A DNA stretch of 64,000 nt from Polyangiaceae bacterium (lineage in GTDB: Bacteria; Myxococcota_A; Polyangia; Polyangiales; Polyangiaceae): contig CBDCTZ010000016.1 of assembly GCA_965222375.1 (NCBI GenBank), positions 2,272,001-2,336,000 on the forward strand. Direction: 5' to 3'. The position numbers and the translations under genes were made by a program. The notes under the pieces are model-generated. The model saw nothing but the letters and a program-made list of their open reading frames with translations, was not told the origin of the DNA and made no database searches. Below, in pieces: positions 1 through 10,376 of the stretch. Position 1 is the first letter of the stretch. Each line of letters opens with the position of its first letter.

Positions 1-1529
1 AGGCAATCGCCACTGGCGAAGCCAAACGGGATCTGCGCCGCTTCGAGTTTGGCCTCTAGGCGGCGCACGAACCGCTCCGTGTCGATGCTGACGGGACCAT
101 CCAGTCCGAAGTCGTCTTCGAAACAAGCCTCGGGTGCGCCTCCGCCCACGACTTGGAACAACGCAGCGCTGAGCGGACCAAAGGCGTGGCAGACTCGCGC
201 CAAGCGCCGGGCGGAACGCGGGATCACGATTCGCACGGCAACATCGCGGGTGAACTCTCGCAACTTGATGCGCTCTACGGCTTCGAGCAGCGTTTGCCAC
301 CACTTGCTGGTTTGCCGGGGGTTGCCGCGCACGTCGATCGGTGCACCGATCCACCGGTCGCGGTCCACGGCCATGTAGGCGTTGAGCCCCGAGAGCCCGT
401 AGGCCAGGGCGCACAAGGTCGTGAAGCTCTGGTCCTCGTGGGTTAGCGGCGGGAAGAACGGTGGAAAGCCCGCACCCAGTTCGCAGGCGAAGGCTGGAGT
501 TTCGTGCACATCGCAGCGGGTTCTGAGCTCCGAGGTCCGCCGCGCGATCTCGCGCCGGCTCGGTGCGGAGGCTCCGTGGTAGTAGTCTTGCCCCAAAAGC
601 TCGACGACTCGACAAAGGCGCCCAGGGTCGAGGGGGGTCACGCCTTCGGATAGCGGCAGGTTGTGCGAAAACGGGACGCCCTCGAAACCATGTGCTTCCA
701 AGGAGCGGCGCATGCGTTGGAACGACTCTGCGAGCAGGTACTCTTGGAATTCCGCCCAGTCCAAGTGGGGCGCGAGCTCTGATGCCTGGGATGCACTGAA
801 GCTGACCGGGGGTTGAGCGCGCGCGAATGTGGCGTCGGGGTCCGCGTAGCTCTGGCTGAGCTCTCTTACGGTGCCGTAGCGTTTCTTTAGAAAACGCCGG
901 AATAGAGCAAGGGAGTCGGGGTGGTAGTCTTGATCGTAGACTCCATCTCGGAAGTACATCGCGCCTTCATTGTCGACCTGAACCAGCACGATCGGACCCT
1001 GGGGCCACAGCAGATCTGCGCACTGTTCTGCGACTGCGCGGAACCACTCGTCGGTTTCGTCCAAGAACGCCGTGCTGGCATAGCTCGGGACCGGAAACGC
1101 CAATGGCGGCACGGGTAGGACGACGGGTTTGCCATGAGGCGAGCGCGCTTGGCAGTCGGGATCCCACAAGACGCGCTCCGGAATCCCGAAGCCAGTGAGC
1201 TCAGCGTTGATGTGTGGCCCCGGCCGGAAGATCACGAATAGCTCGAGCTCCTGACACAACTCGAGGAATGCACGCAGATCTTTCTTGGGATCGAGCCGGC
1301 CGAAGTCGTAGTTTCCCTTCTCGAGTTCGTGCACTGCCCAGGGGACGTATATGTCCACCAAGCGAAAGCCGAGCTTCTTTACGGACTGGAGTGCGGGCGG
1401 CCAGTTCGCCACCTCCATGCGAAAGTAGTGCACGGCGCCGGCCCAGAGCGGTACCACGTCTTTGCCAAGCACCAGGCCTTGGGAGCTCAGTTTTGGGCGC
1501 GCTTTGCGCTTGCGCCGGGGCGGGGCCAT
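1..1529 (-). CDS. GH35-family beta-galactosidase (3' end outside window; not in ORF track)
   Basis: Manual translation from ATG at 1529: GAVHYFR, YVPWAVHELEKGNYDFG, DLRAFLELC, FRPGPHINAE, GPIVLVQVDNE, CELGAG, YMAVDRDRW, matching GH35 motifs; no stop seen in the stretches translated. Confidence 0.85.
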   Translation of the reverse strand, partial: MAPPRRKRKARPKLSSQGLVLGKDVVPLWAGAVHYFRMEVANWPPALQSVKKLGFRLVDIYVPWAVHELEKGNYDFGRLDPKKDLRAFLELCQELELFVIFRPGPHINAELTGFGIPERVLWDPDCQARSPHGKPVVLPVPPLAFPVPSYASTAFLDETDEWFRAVAEQCADLLWPQGPIVLVQVDNEGAMYFRDGVYDQDYHPDSLALFRRFLKKRYGTVRELSQSYADPDATFARAQPPVSFSASQASELAPHLDWAEFQEYLLAESFQRMRRSLEAHGFEGVPFSHNLPLSEGVTPLDPGRLCRVVELLGQDYYHGASAPSRREIARRTSELRTRCDVHETPAFACELGAGFPPFFPPLTHEDQSFTTLCALAYGLSGLNAYMAVDRDRWIGAPIDVRGNPRQTSKWWQTLLEAVERIKLREFTRDVAVRIVIPRSARRLARVCHAFGPLSAALFQVVGGGAPEACFEDDFGLDGPVSIDTERFVRRLEAKLEAAQIPFGFASGDC

Positions 1530-1653
1530 TTTGCGGCGCCCACGTTAGCCCGAAATGTCGACCGAGTCATTCGTCCCTGAATGGCCGCCGGTGCTTGAAT
1601 CCCGAGCGAAAATCCGGAAAGTGTGGCGGCGGCGCTGGGCCGTGACGAATGTA

Positions 1654-2745
1654 ATGACTCCCTCACTCGCCAATCTATGGCCGCCTCTCGCGGCAGGCCT
1701 GCCTGACGCAGGTACGCCGTGGTTGCCCGTCTTATACGTCGTGCTCGCTTTGATGGCGGGTCTCATCGTGGCGTCTCTGCTGCTGTGGGCGTTGACGCAT
1801 TGGGCAGGGCGAACGGACACGCACATCGATGACGCTATCGTCGAGCTAATGCCCAAGCCGATTCGGTTGCTGGGCGCTCTGATCGGCGTGCGCTTGGTGA
1901 TGCCCGTGGTCGGGTTGCCTGAGGTCTATCGCGTCCCGGTCGCCCACGGGCTGTTGGTGGTGACGATCTTGGCAGCTGGCTGGGCGTTGATGAAGGCCGT
2001 TCGGGTCTTCGAGGAGGCCGCTCGGCGGCGTTTCGAAGAAGCCGAGACCGAGGATCTGCGCGCTCGCGCGGTTCGGACTCAGGTCCGCGGCGTGCGCAAC
2101 ATTGCCGACTTCGTCATCTTCGTGCTGACTTTTGGTTTCGCTTTGACGACCTTCGAGTCAGTCAGACAGATCGGCAACGGCGTGCTGGCGTCCGCCGGTC
2201 TGGCCGGCATCGTTTTGGGCTTTGCGGCGCAGAAGACCCTGGCCACGCTGCTTGCGGGCATTCAGCTGACATTGACTCAACGTATTCGCGTGGATGATAT
2301 TGTCATCGTCGAGGGGGAATGGGGCAGTATCGAGGAAATCCGGCTGACTTACGTCGTGGTGTGCATCTGGGACAAACGTCGGCTCGTGGTTCCCGCGACG
2401 TACTTCATCGAGAAGCCCTTCGAGAATTGGACGCGGTCGTCGACCGAGCTGTTGGGCACGATCAAGTTGTGGCTCGACTACAGCGTGCCTGTGGATGAGA
2501 TTCGCGCTGAGCTCAAGCGCATTTTGGACGAGTCCGAGCACTGGGATGGAGAGTCCTGGGGGGTTGTGGTGACCGACGCGAACGAGCGCGCCATGTTAGT
2601 GCGACCGCTCGTCAGCGCGAAGGATGCCGGCGCGCACTGGAATCTGCGCTGCGAGGTGCGAGAGAAGTTGATCACGTTCGTGCAGCAAAAATACCCGAGT
2701 GCGCTGCCCCGGATGCGCGCGGACGTGGACAGTCGCGCGGCCTAG
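1654..2745 (+). CDS. mscS: Small-conductance mechanosensitive channel (MscS family)
   Basis: TM helices then GLAGIVLGFAAQKTLATLLAGI, IRVDDIVIVEGEWGSIEEIRLTY; start chosen at ATG 1654. Confidence 0.9.
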   Translation: MTPSLANLWPPLAAGLPDAGTPWLPVLYVVLALMAGLIVASLLLWALTHWAGRTDTHIDDAIVELMPKPIRLLGALIGVRLVMPVVGLPEVYRVPVAHGLLVVTILAAGWALMKAVRVFEEAARRRFEEAETEDLRARAVRTQVRGVRNIADFVIFVLTFGFALTTFESVRQIGNGVLASAGLAGIVLGFAAQKTLATLLAGIQLTLTQRIRVDDIVIVEGEWGSIEEIRLTYVVVCIWDKRRLVVPATYFIEKPFENWTRSSTELLGTIKLWLDYSVPVDEIRAELKRILDESEHWDGESWGVVVTDANERAMLVRPLVSAKDAGAHWNLRCEVREKLITFVQQKYPSALPRMRADVDSRAA

Positions 2746-2840
2746 GCGCCCGGCGGACGAGCCGCGCGGCCTAGACGCGGCTGCGGGTAGCCCAAACGCG
2801 GCGCGCACGGGAGCAACTTCGCGTGCGGGCGTCGGCGGCG

Positions 2841-4685
2841 TCAGATCTTCTCGATTCGATTGGAACCGCTGGGCGTGCGGAAGCCGGTCTTCTCGACCTT
2901 GCCGTCCCAGGTTTCGCTCTGGACATCTTGAATATCGAGAAAAGTGACACGGATTTCGTTGTCGCCGTCCACTTCCATGATGCTCACGCCATGCGCGAAA
3001 CTCTTGTTGTACTTGTAGTGCTGGTTTGAATCGTTCAGCACCTTGTCGAACTGGGGCACGATGGGTTTGAGGCCGAACGTGCCGTCGGGGTCGAGGCCGT
3101 TCACCTGGCGTTCGGCGATCTCCTTGACGGGGCTCGAACTGATTCCGGCGGTGACGTACTCTACCGCCACGGGTTCGCCGGGATTGCCAAAGTCCAGTTG
3201 GAGTTCGGAAGCGCAAAACGCGTGGATGTCCCCGGTGATGGCTACGAGGTTCTTGACGTCTTTGAGCGCACCCAAGACCTCTGCGCGTTCAGATCGGAAG
3301 CCGTCCCATTGGTCGACGGTGAAGTAGTAGACAGCCTTGAATAGACTTGGAACGGGGAACGGATTGAGGTCGACGTTCATTTCGAGGAGCTGGGTTTCAT
3401 TGCCCCAGATCTTCCAGCTAGCCGACGAGCCCTTTACCGTGTCGAGCAGCCACTGCTTCTGTTCGGCGCCGAGCATCGTGGGCTTGACGAAGGCCTCGAT
3501 TCCATCAAAGCCACTCTTGCGCACGAAGTTGCGGGTGCCGATTGCGGAGTTCCCGAAAGACTTGCCCGCTTCTGCGTAGGTGGGCACCGTGTCTGGAGCG
3601 CCTGGGGGGCGATCTGCACCCTTGGCGTTCTCCGGGATCGCGTGGTCCGAGCGGTAGGAGCGCTGGTCCGTCAGGATGAGCTCCATGTGCTTGCCGTACC
3701 TCAGCGTACGGTAGATCTTCAGGTCGTTTGGGAAGCTCGCGTTGCCGTCCCAGGTCACGTCGGCGGGTAGGTACTCGAACCAGGCTTGATTGGCCGCCAT
3801 CCGACGCTCTGGGCTCTTTTCGTCGCCCTTGGTCTCGTTGAAATCCGTGGCGTGATCCTGCCACGCGTCGTTCGCGAACTCATGATCATCCCAGATACAG
3901 ATGAAGGGGAACAATCGATGCGCTTCTTTCAGGTGCTTGTCGGAGCGGTACTGTTTGTACACGCCGCGGTAGTCCGCCAGGGTTTTTGCGGCTTTGACCG
4001 CCGGCTTCGCGTCGGGCGGATCCGTGGCCTCTTCGATCACGAGCCCGTCCGGGATTTCGATCTTCCGCGCACTGCCCGTGAGTTGGAAGTCTGAGTCGCC
4101 GTTGGTTTCGTAGATGTAGTCCCCGAGGAAGACGACGAAGTCGACAGGGTCTTCGGTCTCGACCAGCGCGCGCCAGCTGTGATAGTAGCGACCGATGAAG
4201 TCTTGGCAGGACGCAAAGGCGAAGCGCACGTTGACGTCTTGGTCGTCCGTGGGTGCCGTTTTGGTACGTCCAATGTCGCTCTGCACCTTTTCGGCGATGA
4301 AGCGATAGAAGAGCTGGGTGTACGCGGCCAAACCCGTCGGCTTGATGCGCGCGGTCCAGTCCGTCGTTTCGTCGACGGTCACCTTGCCTTCTGCAACCAG
4401 CTGGGTGAAGGCTTCGTCGGTCGCCACTTGATAGTTGACGTCGACGGGACCCGAGCCCGAGTCCGGCACGGCGCGGGTCCACAGGATCACGCTATCGGGT
4501 TTGGGGTCGCCGGAGGCGACACCGTGAGGGAAGACCCGCAACGTGTCTGCGGGGTCTGTGCTGAAGGGTCCGAGCCCACCGGGGCCATCGCCTCCGTCGT
4601 CGTCGGATGAGCAGCCTGCGGCGTAGGGAACCGCGGAAGCGCTGACGACAATGGCCTGTAAGAAGCTACGACGTGAAAATTGCAT
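2841..4685 (-). CDS. phoD: Alkaline phosphatase D family, Tat-exported lipoprotein
   Basis: SRRSFLQ Tat motif plus lipobox AAGC; FPHGVASGDP, FASCQ, LGDYIYE, WDDHEFANDAW, DQWDG, TGDIH. Confidence 0.92.
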   Translation of the reverse strand: MQFSRRSFLQAIVVSASAVPYAAGCSSDDDGGDGPGGLGPFSTDPADTLRVFPHGVASGDPKPDSVILWTRAVPDSGSGPVDVNYQVATDEAFTQLVAEGKVTVDETTDWTARIKPTGLAAYTQLFYRFIAEKVQSDIGRTKTAPTDDQDVNVRFAFASCQDFIGRYYHSWRALVETEDPVDFVVFLGDYIYETNGDSDFQLTGSARKIEIPDGLVIEEATDPPDAKPAVKAAKTLADYRGVYKQYRSDKHLKEAHRLFPFICIWDDHEFANDAWQDHATDFNETKGDEKSPERRMAANQAWFEYLPADVTWDGNASFPNDLKIYRTLRYGKHMELILTDQRSYRSDHAIPENAKGADRPPGAPDTVPTYAEAGKSFGNSAIGTRNFVRKSGFDGIEAFVKPTMLGAEQKQWLLDTVKGSSASWKIWGNETQLLEMNVDLNPFPVPSLFKAVYYFTVDQWDGFRSERAEVLGALKDVKNLVAITGDIHAFCASELQLDFGNPGEPVAVEYVTAGISSSPVKEIAERQVNGLDPDGTFGLKPIVPQFDKVLNDSNQHYKYNKSFAHGVSIMEVDGDNEIRVTFLDIQDVQSETWDGKVEKTGFRTPSGSNRIEKI

Positions 4686-4739
4686 GGCCCGGAATCTAGC
4701 GCGAACCGCGAGCTGATGCCCGCCGCAGATGTGGGCCGG

Positions 4740-5660
4740 TCACACGGGGCTCTGGGCCATGCTGGCCAATGTCTCTTCCAGGCTTTTTCCAGGGACGAAG
4801 CCAGTTTCTTCTCGAAACCGGGCGCCATCTACGGTGCAGGAGAACTTCAGGTAGTCCACCGCCCCTTTGGGCACCTTCGGAAAGCCCATGCGCCCGCCCA
4901 CCATGCCGATGATGGGCTCGGGCATGGGGACCCGTGAAGCGCCGGACTGCTCCACGACTACGTGGAGCGGGATGGGGTCGTGCCCGGCTACGTTGAACAC
5001 GCCGCGCAGCCCGGGTTTGAGGCTCAGGCTGAGCGCGGTGACGAAGTCGTCTTCGTGCAGCACCTGGTACAGGGGGTCGAAGCCCGCGACGGTGAAGACG
5101 CGGCGCTGGCGAAGGTAGCGACAAAACAGGTTGTCCTGAGTGGGGCCAACCAGGTTCACGGGGCGAAGCACGACGACCTCGCGCTCCAGCTGCTTCCAGA
5201 GTTGGGCGCTCGCGTAGAGGTCCGCGGCGACGAGATCCTGAATCTCAGGGTAGGTGCGTCCAGCCGCGGGTGGATGGTCTTCGGTCAGGTATAGCGGTTG
5301 GTCCGGTAGAGCACCGTAGATGGTATGTCGGCTCGGGAATACGATCTTCTGGACGCCCGCGGCTACGGCCATTTCGAATACGTGGACCGTGCCCTCGAAA
5401 TTGACCCGGTGACGTTCCTCCGGAGTCGCGTTCAGGCGGTGCAAGCGCGCCAGGTGTACCACCGCCCAGGGATGCACCGTGCGCAGTACGTCGTCGAAGC
5501 TTCGCTTGCGCACGTCAGCGCGATGTTGGGTGACGCCTTCTGGCAATCGCCCGCTGACGCGATCTACCGTGTGCACCTCCCAGCCCTCGGCTAGCAGCGC
5601 GGCGGCCAATAGACGGCCACTGCCGCCCGCGCCGCCAGTGATCACGATGCGCTTTTCCAC
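4740..5660 (-). CDS. NAD-dependent epimerase/dehydratase (extended SDR)
   Basis: ITGGAGGSG Rossmann motif, HLA, VNFEGT, LRPVNLVG; overlaps upstream acyltransferase by 1 nt. Confidence 0.85.
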   Translation of the reverse strand: MEKRIVITGGAGGSGRLLAAALLAEGWEVHTVDRVSGRLPEGVTQHRADVRKRSFDDVLRTVHPWAVVHLARLHRLNATPEERHRVNFEGTVHVFEMAVAAGVQKIVFPSRHTIYGALPDQPLYLTEDHPPAAGRTYPEIQDLVAADLYASAQLWKQLEREVVVLRPVNLVGPTQDNLFCRYLRQRRVFTVAGFDPLYQVLHEDDFVTALSLSLKPGLRGVFNVAGHDPIPLHVVVEQSGASRVPMPEPIIGMVGGRMGFPKVPKGAVDYLKFSCTVDGARFREETGFVPGKSLEETLASMAQSPV

Positions 5661-6502
5661 TAGAAGAACACACCTTTCCGGGTGCGCAACCCTTCTGCGA
5701 GCAGAGTGGCGACTGCAGTTTCGACCTTTTCGACCATCGGACGCAACACGTGATCTTCTTCAGTGCCGGTGCCTTCGAAGAGCAGGGGTTTACCGAAGTG
5801 GATGTGCACTTTTGCGGGCAAGGGAAGGGGCAGTAGCGTGGGTGTCAGAGGTGCGTAGGGCACGCCCATGAGCTTCGCGATGGGGCGCATCCGCGAAAAG
5901 CTAGGGCACATCTCCTCCCCGCCGATGAAACCGATGGGCACGATGGGCGTCTTCGTCTGAAGTGCCAAGCGCATGAAGCCCTGGCCGAAGCCCATGATCT
6001 TGTAGCGGTCCCAGAACACCTTGCCGCCGCCGCGCTCTCCTTCGGGAAAGACCAAGACTGCCGCTTCCTCCTCCTGGAGCAGACGGCGGCAGTTGGCTGG
6101 GATCCCCACCAGTTGCCCCATCCGACTCATCAGAACGTTCACGAACGCCGGCTCGGCGAAAAAGCGCTCGATCATCGCGCGCACGAATCGCGGCGGATTG
6201 GCCTCCAACACCATGGCAGCGCAGATCAACATGCCGTCGTAGGCGAGTTGAGCGCTGTGGTTGCTGATCATCAGCACACGGCCAGCGGGGACATTCTCGA
6301 GCCCATGGCACTCTACGCGGAAGTAGCGTTCGTACAGCAACCTTACGAATACGAGCAGACGCTTGGCGGCGGCGGGCGAAGCGCCCCAGCGGTCGTATCC
6401 GAAAGCGTTCGGCTGGAGGTCGAGGCGATTGACGCTGTCGTGGATTTCTTCGTCCACCAGCCGGTCTAGGGCGGCTTCCCAGCTGCGAAAAGGTCGGGGC
6501 AC
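5660..6502 (-). CDS. Lysophospholipid/glycerolipid acyltransferase (PlsC-like)
   Basis: NHSAQLAYD (Hx-D block), VFPEGERG, PIVPIG. Confidence 0.88.
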   Translation of the reverse strand: MPRPFRSWEAALDRLVDEEIHDSVNRLDLQPNAFGYDRWGASPAAAKRLLVFVRLLYERYFRVECHGLENVPAGRVLMISNHSAQLAYDGMLICAAMVLEANPPRFVRAMIERFFAEPAFVNVLMSRMGQLVGIPANCRRLLQEEEAAVLVFPEGERGGGKVFWDRYKIMGFGQGFMRLALQTKTPIVPIGFIGGEEMCPSFSRMRPIAKLMGVPYAPLTPTLLPLPLPAKVHIHFGKPLLFEGTGTEEDHVLRPMVEKVETAVATLLAEGLRTRKGVFF

Positions 6503-6537
6503 TCCTGGAGCATAGCCCCGGAGCCGCCGGGCTCGCT

Positions 6538-8175
6538 ATGCTTCCAAGCATGCGCGCCCGTCGATTCATGTTGGGGCCCCTATTGCTCTTGCTCAGTCAG
6601 ACCGCAGCCGCTGCGGAGACCACCCTTCAGCTCTCTGGCGATGTGCCCAGCACCGGTCCGGATCACTTTTTCGTCGCTTTCGACGTGCCGGCGGGCACCA
6701 AAGAGATCGAGATCAAGCACGACGACTTGTCCTCCGAAGACATTCTCGATTTCGGCGTCAACGACCCCAACGGATTCCGGGGTTGGGGAGGTGGCAACAC
6801 CGAGCCCGCGGTCATTGGCGAACAGGCGGCCAGTCGCAGCTACGTGGCGGGACCGATTGCCGCTGGTACCTGGCAGGTCGTGATCGGAAAGGCGCTCATC
6901 AAATCCACTCCGGCCAAGTATCAGCTCGACATCACGTTTCGTGACACGGCGACCCTGGCGCCGCAGACGGAGCGAACTCCCTACGTACCAGCGGCGGCGT
7001 TGGAAGTGGGCGCACGTTGGTACGCGGGTGACTTCCACGTGCACTCGATCGAAAGCGGCGACGCTAGGCCGCCCCTGGACGAAGTGGCCACTTTCGCCCG
7101 CGGGCGAGGATTGGACTTCGTTCTAATCAGTGACCACAACACTCTCACGCAGTTGGAGTTCTTCGTCGATGCGCAGAGCCGGCACCCCAAGCTCCTGCTA
7201 TTGCCGGGCATGGAGTACACGACCTATGACGGTCACGCGAATGCTATCGGCGCCACCAAGTGGGTCGATCACAAGATCGGCCAGCCCGGCGTCACCATCA
7301 AAGGCGCGGTGCAAGCGTTTCGCGATCAGGGTGCCATCGTCTCCATCAATCATCCAACTCAGGATCTCGGGGATCTCTGCATCGGCTGCGCTTGGACTCA
7401 CGACCTCGATCCCAAGCTGATAGGTGCCGTCGAAGTCATGACGGGTACGCCGGCGACCATCGACTACTTGCCAAAGGTCAAAGCCATCGGCTACTGGGAA
7501 AAACTCCTGGATCAGGGCTACCACCTGCCTGCAATCGGAGGCAGCGACGATCACCGCGCCGGGGTGGATCTGAATGCCCTGCAGAGCCCGATTGGTGACT
7601 GCACGACCATGGTTTTCGCCACCGAGCTGAGTCAGCAGGGGATCTTGGACGGGGTGAGAAGCGGGCGCACTGTGGTCAAGCTTTGGGGCCCCGAAGAGCC
7701 CATGGTGGAGCTGAAGTCTAGCGTCGCTCCCGAGGGCGACACGGTGTCCGCGTCGAAAACGGTATTTTCCGCCGAGGTCAGCGACGGCGTTGGCAAGTTC
7801 GTTCGCTTCGTCAAGAACGGCAAGCCCCTCGCTCAGGAAGGGATCGACTCCGATCCCTTCACCCATACTCTCGAGGTGTCCGCACCGGCGGCTGGTGAGG
7901 ACCGCTACCGCGTGGAGGTCGTCGACAACAAGGAGCGGCGGACGCTGACCAGCTACCTGTGGCTCAAGGCTCCCGTAGTCCACGACGCTGGCGCGGATGC
8001 GATGCCGACGGACGCCGGCGCTCCGTCGGTGCCGGGACCCAGCGCAGCGGGTGGGGGGTGCGATTGTCGTTCCCACTCGGGCTCCCAGTCCAACGCTGCC
8101 CTGGGTCTCTCGCTGACTTTGTTGCTACTCGTGGCACGCCGCCGTCGGCGTAGGCGTGAAGTATCTGATGGCTGA
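6538..8175 (+). CDS. Secreted PHP-domain metallohydrolase (CehA/McbA-like) with MYXO-CTERM-like tail
   Basis: Signal peptide; GDFHVHS, SDHN, GHAN, NHP, GGSDDH; C-terminal GGGCDC-hydrophobic helix-RRRRRR. Confidence 0.82.
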   Translation: MLPSMRARRFMLGPLLLLLSQTAAAAETTLQLSGDVPSTGPDHFFVAFDVPAGTKEIEIKHDDLSSEDILDFGVNDPNGFRGWGGGNTEPAVIGEQAASRSYVAGPIAAGTWQVVIGKALIKSTPAKYQLDITFRDTATLAPQTERTPYVPAAALEVGARWYAGDFHVHSIESGDARPPLDEVATFARGRGLDFVLISDHNTLTQLEFFVDAQSRHPKLLLLPGMEYTTYDGHANAIGATKWVDHKIGQPGVTIKGAVQAFRDQGAIVSINHPTQDLGDLCIGCAWTHDLDPKLIGAVEVMTGTPATIDYLPKVKAIGYWEKLLDQGYHLPAIGGSDDHRAGVDLNALQSPIGDCTTMVFATELSQQGILDGVRSGRTVVKLWGPEEPMVELKSSVAPEGDTVSASKTVFSAEVSDGVGKFVRFVKNGKPLAQEGIDSDPFTHTLEVSAPAAGEDRYRVEVVDNKERRTLTSYLWLKAPVVHDAGADAMPTDAGAPSVPGPSAAGGGCDCRSHSGSQSNAALGLSLTLLLLVARRRRRRREVSDG

Positions 8176-8986
8176 CGTGTTCGAGTTTTATTCGGGGGTG
8201 CGTCCACTGCTGGTGTCGTTTCCCCACGATGGCACCGCGCTGCCGGCCGAACTCGCCGCGCGGATGACGCCCGAGGGGCGCTCGGTGCCGGATACGGATT
8301 TCCACGTTGCGCAGCTCTACGATTTTGTCGCGAGCCTAGGCGCCAGTCGGCTAGTGGCGCGCTACTCCCGCTACGTGGTGGACCTGAACCGAGACCCGGA
8401 GGGCGCATCCCTGTACCCTGGGGCGGACACGACGGGGCTCTGCCCCACCAGCACCTTTGCTCGCCAACCCATCTATGCAACCGGCCAGGAGCCGACCGAC
8501 GAAGAAGTTGGCGTCCGAGTCCGACAGTATTTCTGGCCCTATCACGAGCAACTCGCGGTGGAGCTCGAACGCCTCCACCGCCGCTTCGGGCGCGTGGTGC
8601 TGTTCGACGCCCACAGCATTCGTTCTCAGGTCCCACGCTTCTTCGAGGGAACACTGCCGGACCTGAACCTGGGCACTGCCTCCGGCGCTAGCGCAGACGC
8701 GACACTAGCTGGCGACATCTTCAACACGCTGCTCCAAAACGCTGACGGCTATTCGGCCGTGAGGGATGAGCGCTTTCGGGGAGGCTACATAACTAGGAAG
8801 TATGGCGCTCCGGATCGAGGTGTGTCGGCGATCCAGCTCGAACTCGCCCAGAAGAACTACATGCGTGAACAATCGCCCTTCGAGTTCATGGACCAACGGG
8901 CGGCTCGCCTGAGGCCGACGTTGCGTCGCGTCTTGGAAATGTGCGTGCAGTGGGCGGAGGCTGGGCATGACGACGCATCGCTTTGA
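8168..8986 (+). CDS. hutG: N-formylglutamate deformylase
   Basis: PHDGT, DTDFHV, SRYVVDLNR, FDAHSIRS, PDLNLGT, RFRGGYITR, AIQLELAQ; adjacent to hutF. Confidence 0.93.
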   Translation: MADVFEFYSGVRPLLVSFPHDGTALPAELAARMTPEGRSVPDTDFHVAQLYDFVASLGASRLVARYSRYVVDLNRDPEGASLYPGADTTGLCPTSTFARQPIYATGQEPTDEEVGVRVRQYFWPYHEQLAVELERLHRRFGRVVLFDAHSIRSQVPRFFEGTLPDLNLGTASGASADATLAGDIFNTLLQNADGYSAVRDERFRGGYITRKYGAPDRGVSAIQLELAQKNYMREQSPFEFMDQRAARLRPTLRRVLEMCVQWAEAGHDDASL

Positions 8987-10328
8987 CGCTTTGTGGCAGA
9001 ACGGAGTGTGGCTGAAGCCCGCGTTCGTCAGCGTTGACGCTCGTGGTGACGTGACGCGGATTGCAAATACCGCCCCTGACGGTGGCGTCGAGGACTGCAA
9101 AGGCCTGGCCGTGCCGGGTATCGCGAACCTCCACTCCCACGCCTTCCAGCGCGCCCTGGTGGGGCGAGCTGAGTGGTCATCGGGTCACTCGGACAGCTTC
9201 TGGACCTGGCGTGACGCGATGTACCGTTTCGTCGAAGGGATCAGTCCTGAGCAGGTCGAGGCCATCGCCACGTGGCTCTACGTGGAGATGCTCGAAGCGG
9301 GCTACACAAGCGTCGGGGAGTTCCACTATCTGCACCACGACCCTGACGGCCGACCCTATGCCGACCCCGCGGAGCTTTCTTTGCGGCTGCTCTCCGCGGC
9401 TGAGCGTGCCGGCATTGGCATCACATTGCTACCCGTTCTGTATGCGAATGGCGGCTTTGACGGCCGCGGCGCCTCGGCAGAGCAACGCCGCTTCGTCAAT
9501 TCCGTGGGCGAGTTGCTACGTATCGTCGAGCGGGCCCAGGTTGCCACCCAGGGCAACGCCAATGCCACCGTCGGTGTCGCACCCCATAGCCTGCGTGCAG
9601 TCAGTTTGGAGATGTTGCGAGAACTGCTCGCGGCAGTGCCAGCAGAGTCGCCGGTGCATATTCACATCTCGGAGCAGAAGCGCGAAGTTCAGGAGTGCCG
9701 TGCGGCGACGGGCACCACGCCCCTGGCACTGCTGATGTCGGCAGCGGAGCTCGATGGGCGCTGGTGCCTCGTGCACGGCACTCACGCGACGGAGTCCGAA
9801 ATCGCCAGGCTGGCCAAGACCGGCGCCACGGTCGCATTGTGCCCCACGACGGAGGCAAACTTGGGGGATGGGTTGCCGCCCATGGCGGGGCTGATTGAAG
9901 AGGGGGTCGGCTTTGGTATCGGATCAGACAGTCAGGTTTGTGTTTGCCCGGCGGAGGAACTGCGGCTGCTCGAATACGAGCAGCGCCTGGTGCACGGCCG
10001 ACGCAACGTGCTTTCGAGCGCAGAGCAGCCTTCTGTAGCCGAGCGCTTGCTCGGCGAGGTCGGGCGCAGTGCCTCTCGTGCGCTCGGGCGACGGCTGGGG
10101 GAGCTCGTCGTGGGGGCCCGTGCAGACCTGGTTACCTTGGACCCGAACTCGGCGGCTCTGGCCGGGCTGCCCCCGGAGCGTCACCTGGATGCTTGGGTCT
10201 TCGGGGCCCGCGTTGGCGCAGTTCGGGATGTGATGGTGGGGGGAAATTGGGTGGTATGGCGCGGCAGACACCCAAAGCGGGACGCACTGTTGCAGGCATA
10301 TATGCGCGCCTTGGATGGGATTGCATGA
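8967..10328 (+). CDS. hutF: Formimidoylglutamate deiminase
   Basis: NLHSHAFQR, DSFWTWR, EFHYLHH, APHSLRAV, HIHISEQ, CPTTEANLGDG, GSDS. Confidence 0.95.
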   Translation: MTTHRFDALWQNGVWLKPAFVSVDARGDVTRIANTAPDGGVEDCKGLAVPGIANLHSHAFQRALVGRAEWSSGHSDSFWTWRDAMYRFVEGISPEQVEAIATWLYVEMLEAGYTSVGEFHYLHHDPDGRPYADPAELSLRLLSAAERAGIGITLLPVLYANGGFDGRGASAEQRRFVNSVGELLRIVERAQVATQGNANATVGVAPHSLRAVSLEMLRELLAAVPAESPVHIHISEQKREVQECRAATGTTPLALLMSAAELDGRWCLVHGTHATESEIARLAKTGATVALCPTTEANLGDGLPPMAGLIEEGVGFGIGSDSQVCVCPAEELRLLEYEQRLVHGRRNVLSSAEQPSVAERLLGEVGRSASRALGRRLGELVVGARADLVTLDPNSAALAGLPPERHLDAWVFGARVGAVRDVMVGGNWVVWRGRHPKRDALLQAYMRALDGIA

Positions 10329-10376
10329 GGCGGCTCGCGGAGGTGTCGGCCGCGGGTTTATGATCCGCTTCTCCGC

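Noticed and set aside
49..1645. Short ORF-track calls at the left edge
   Set aside because: Explained by the minus-strand GH35 gene that runs off the window
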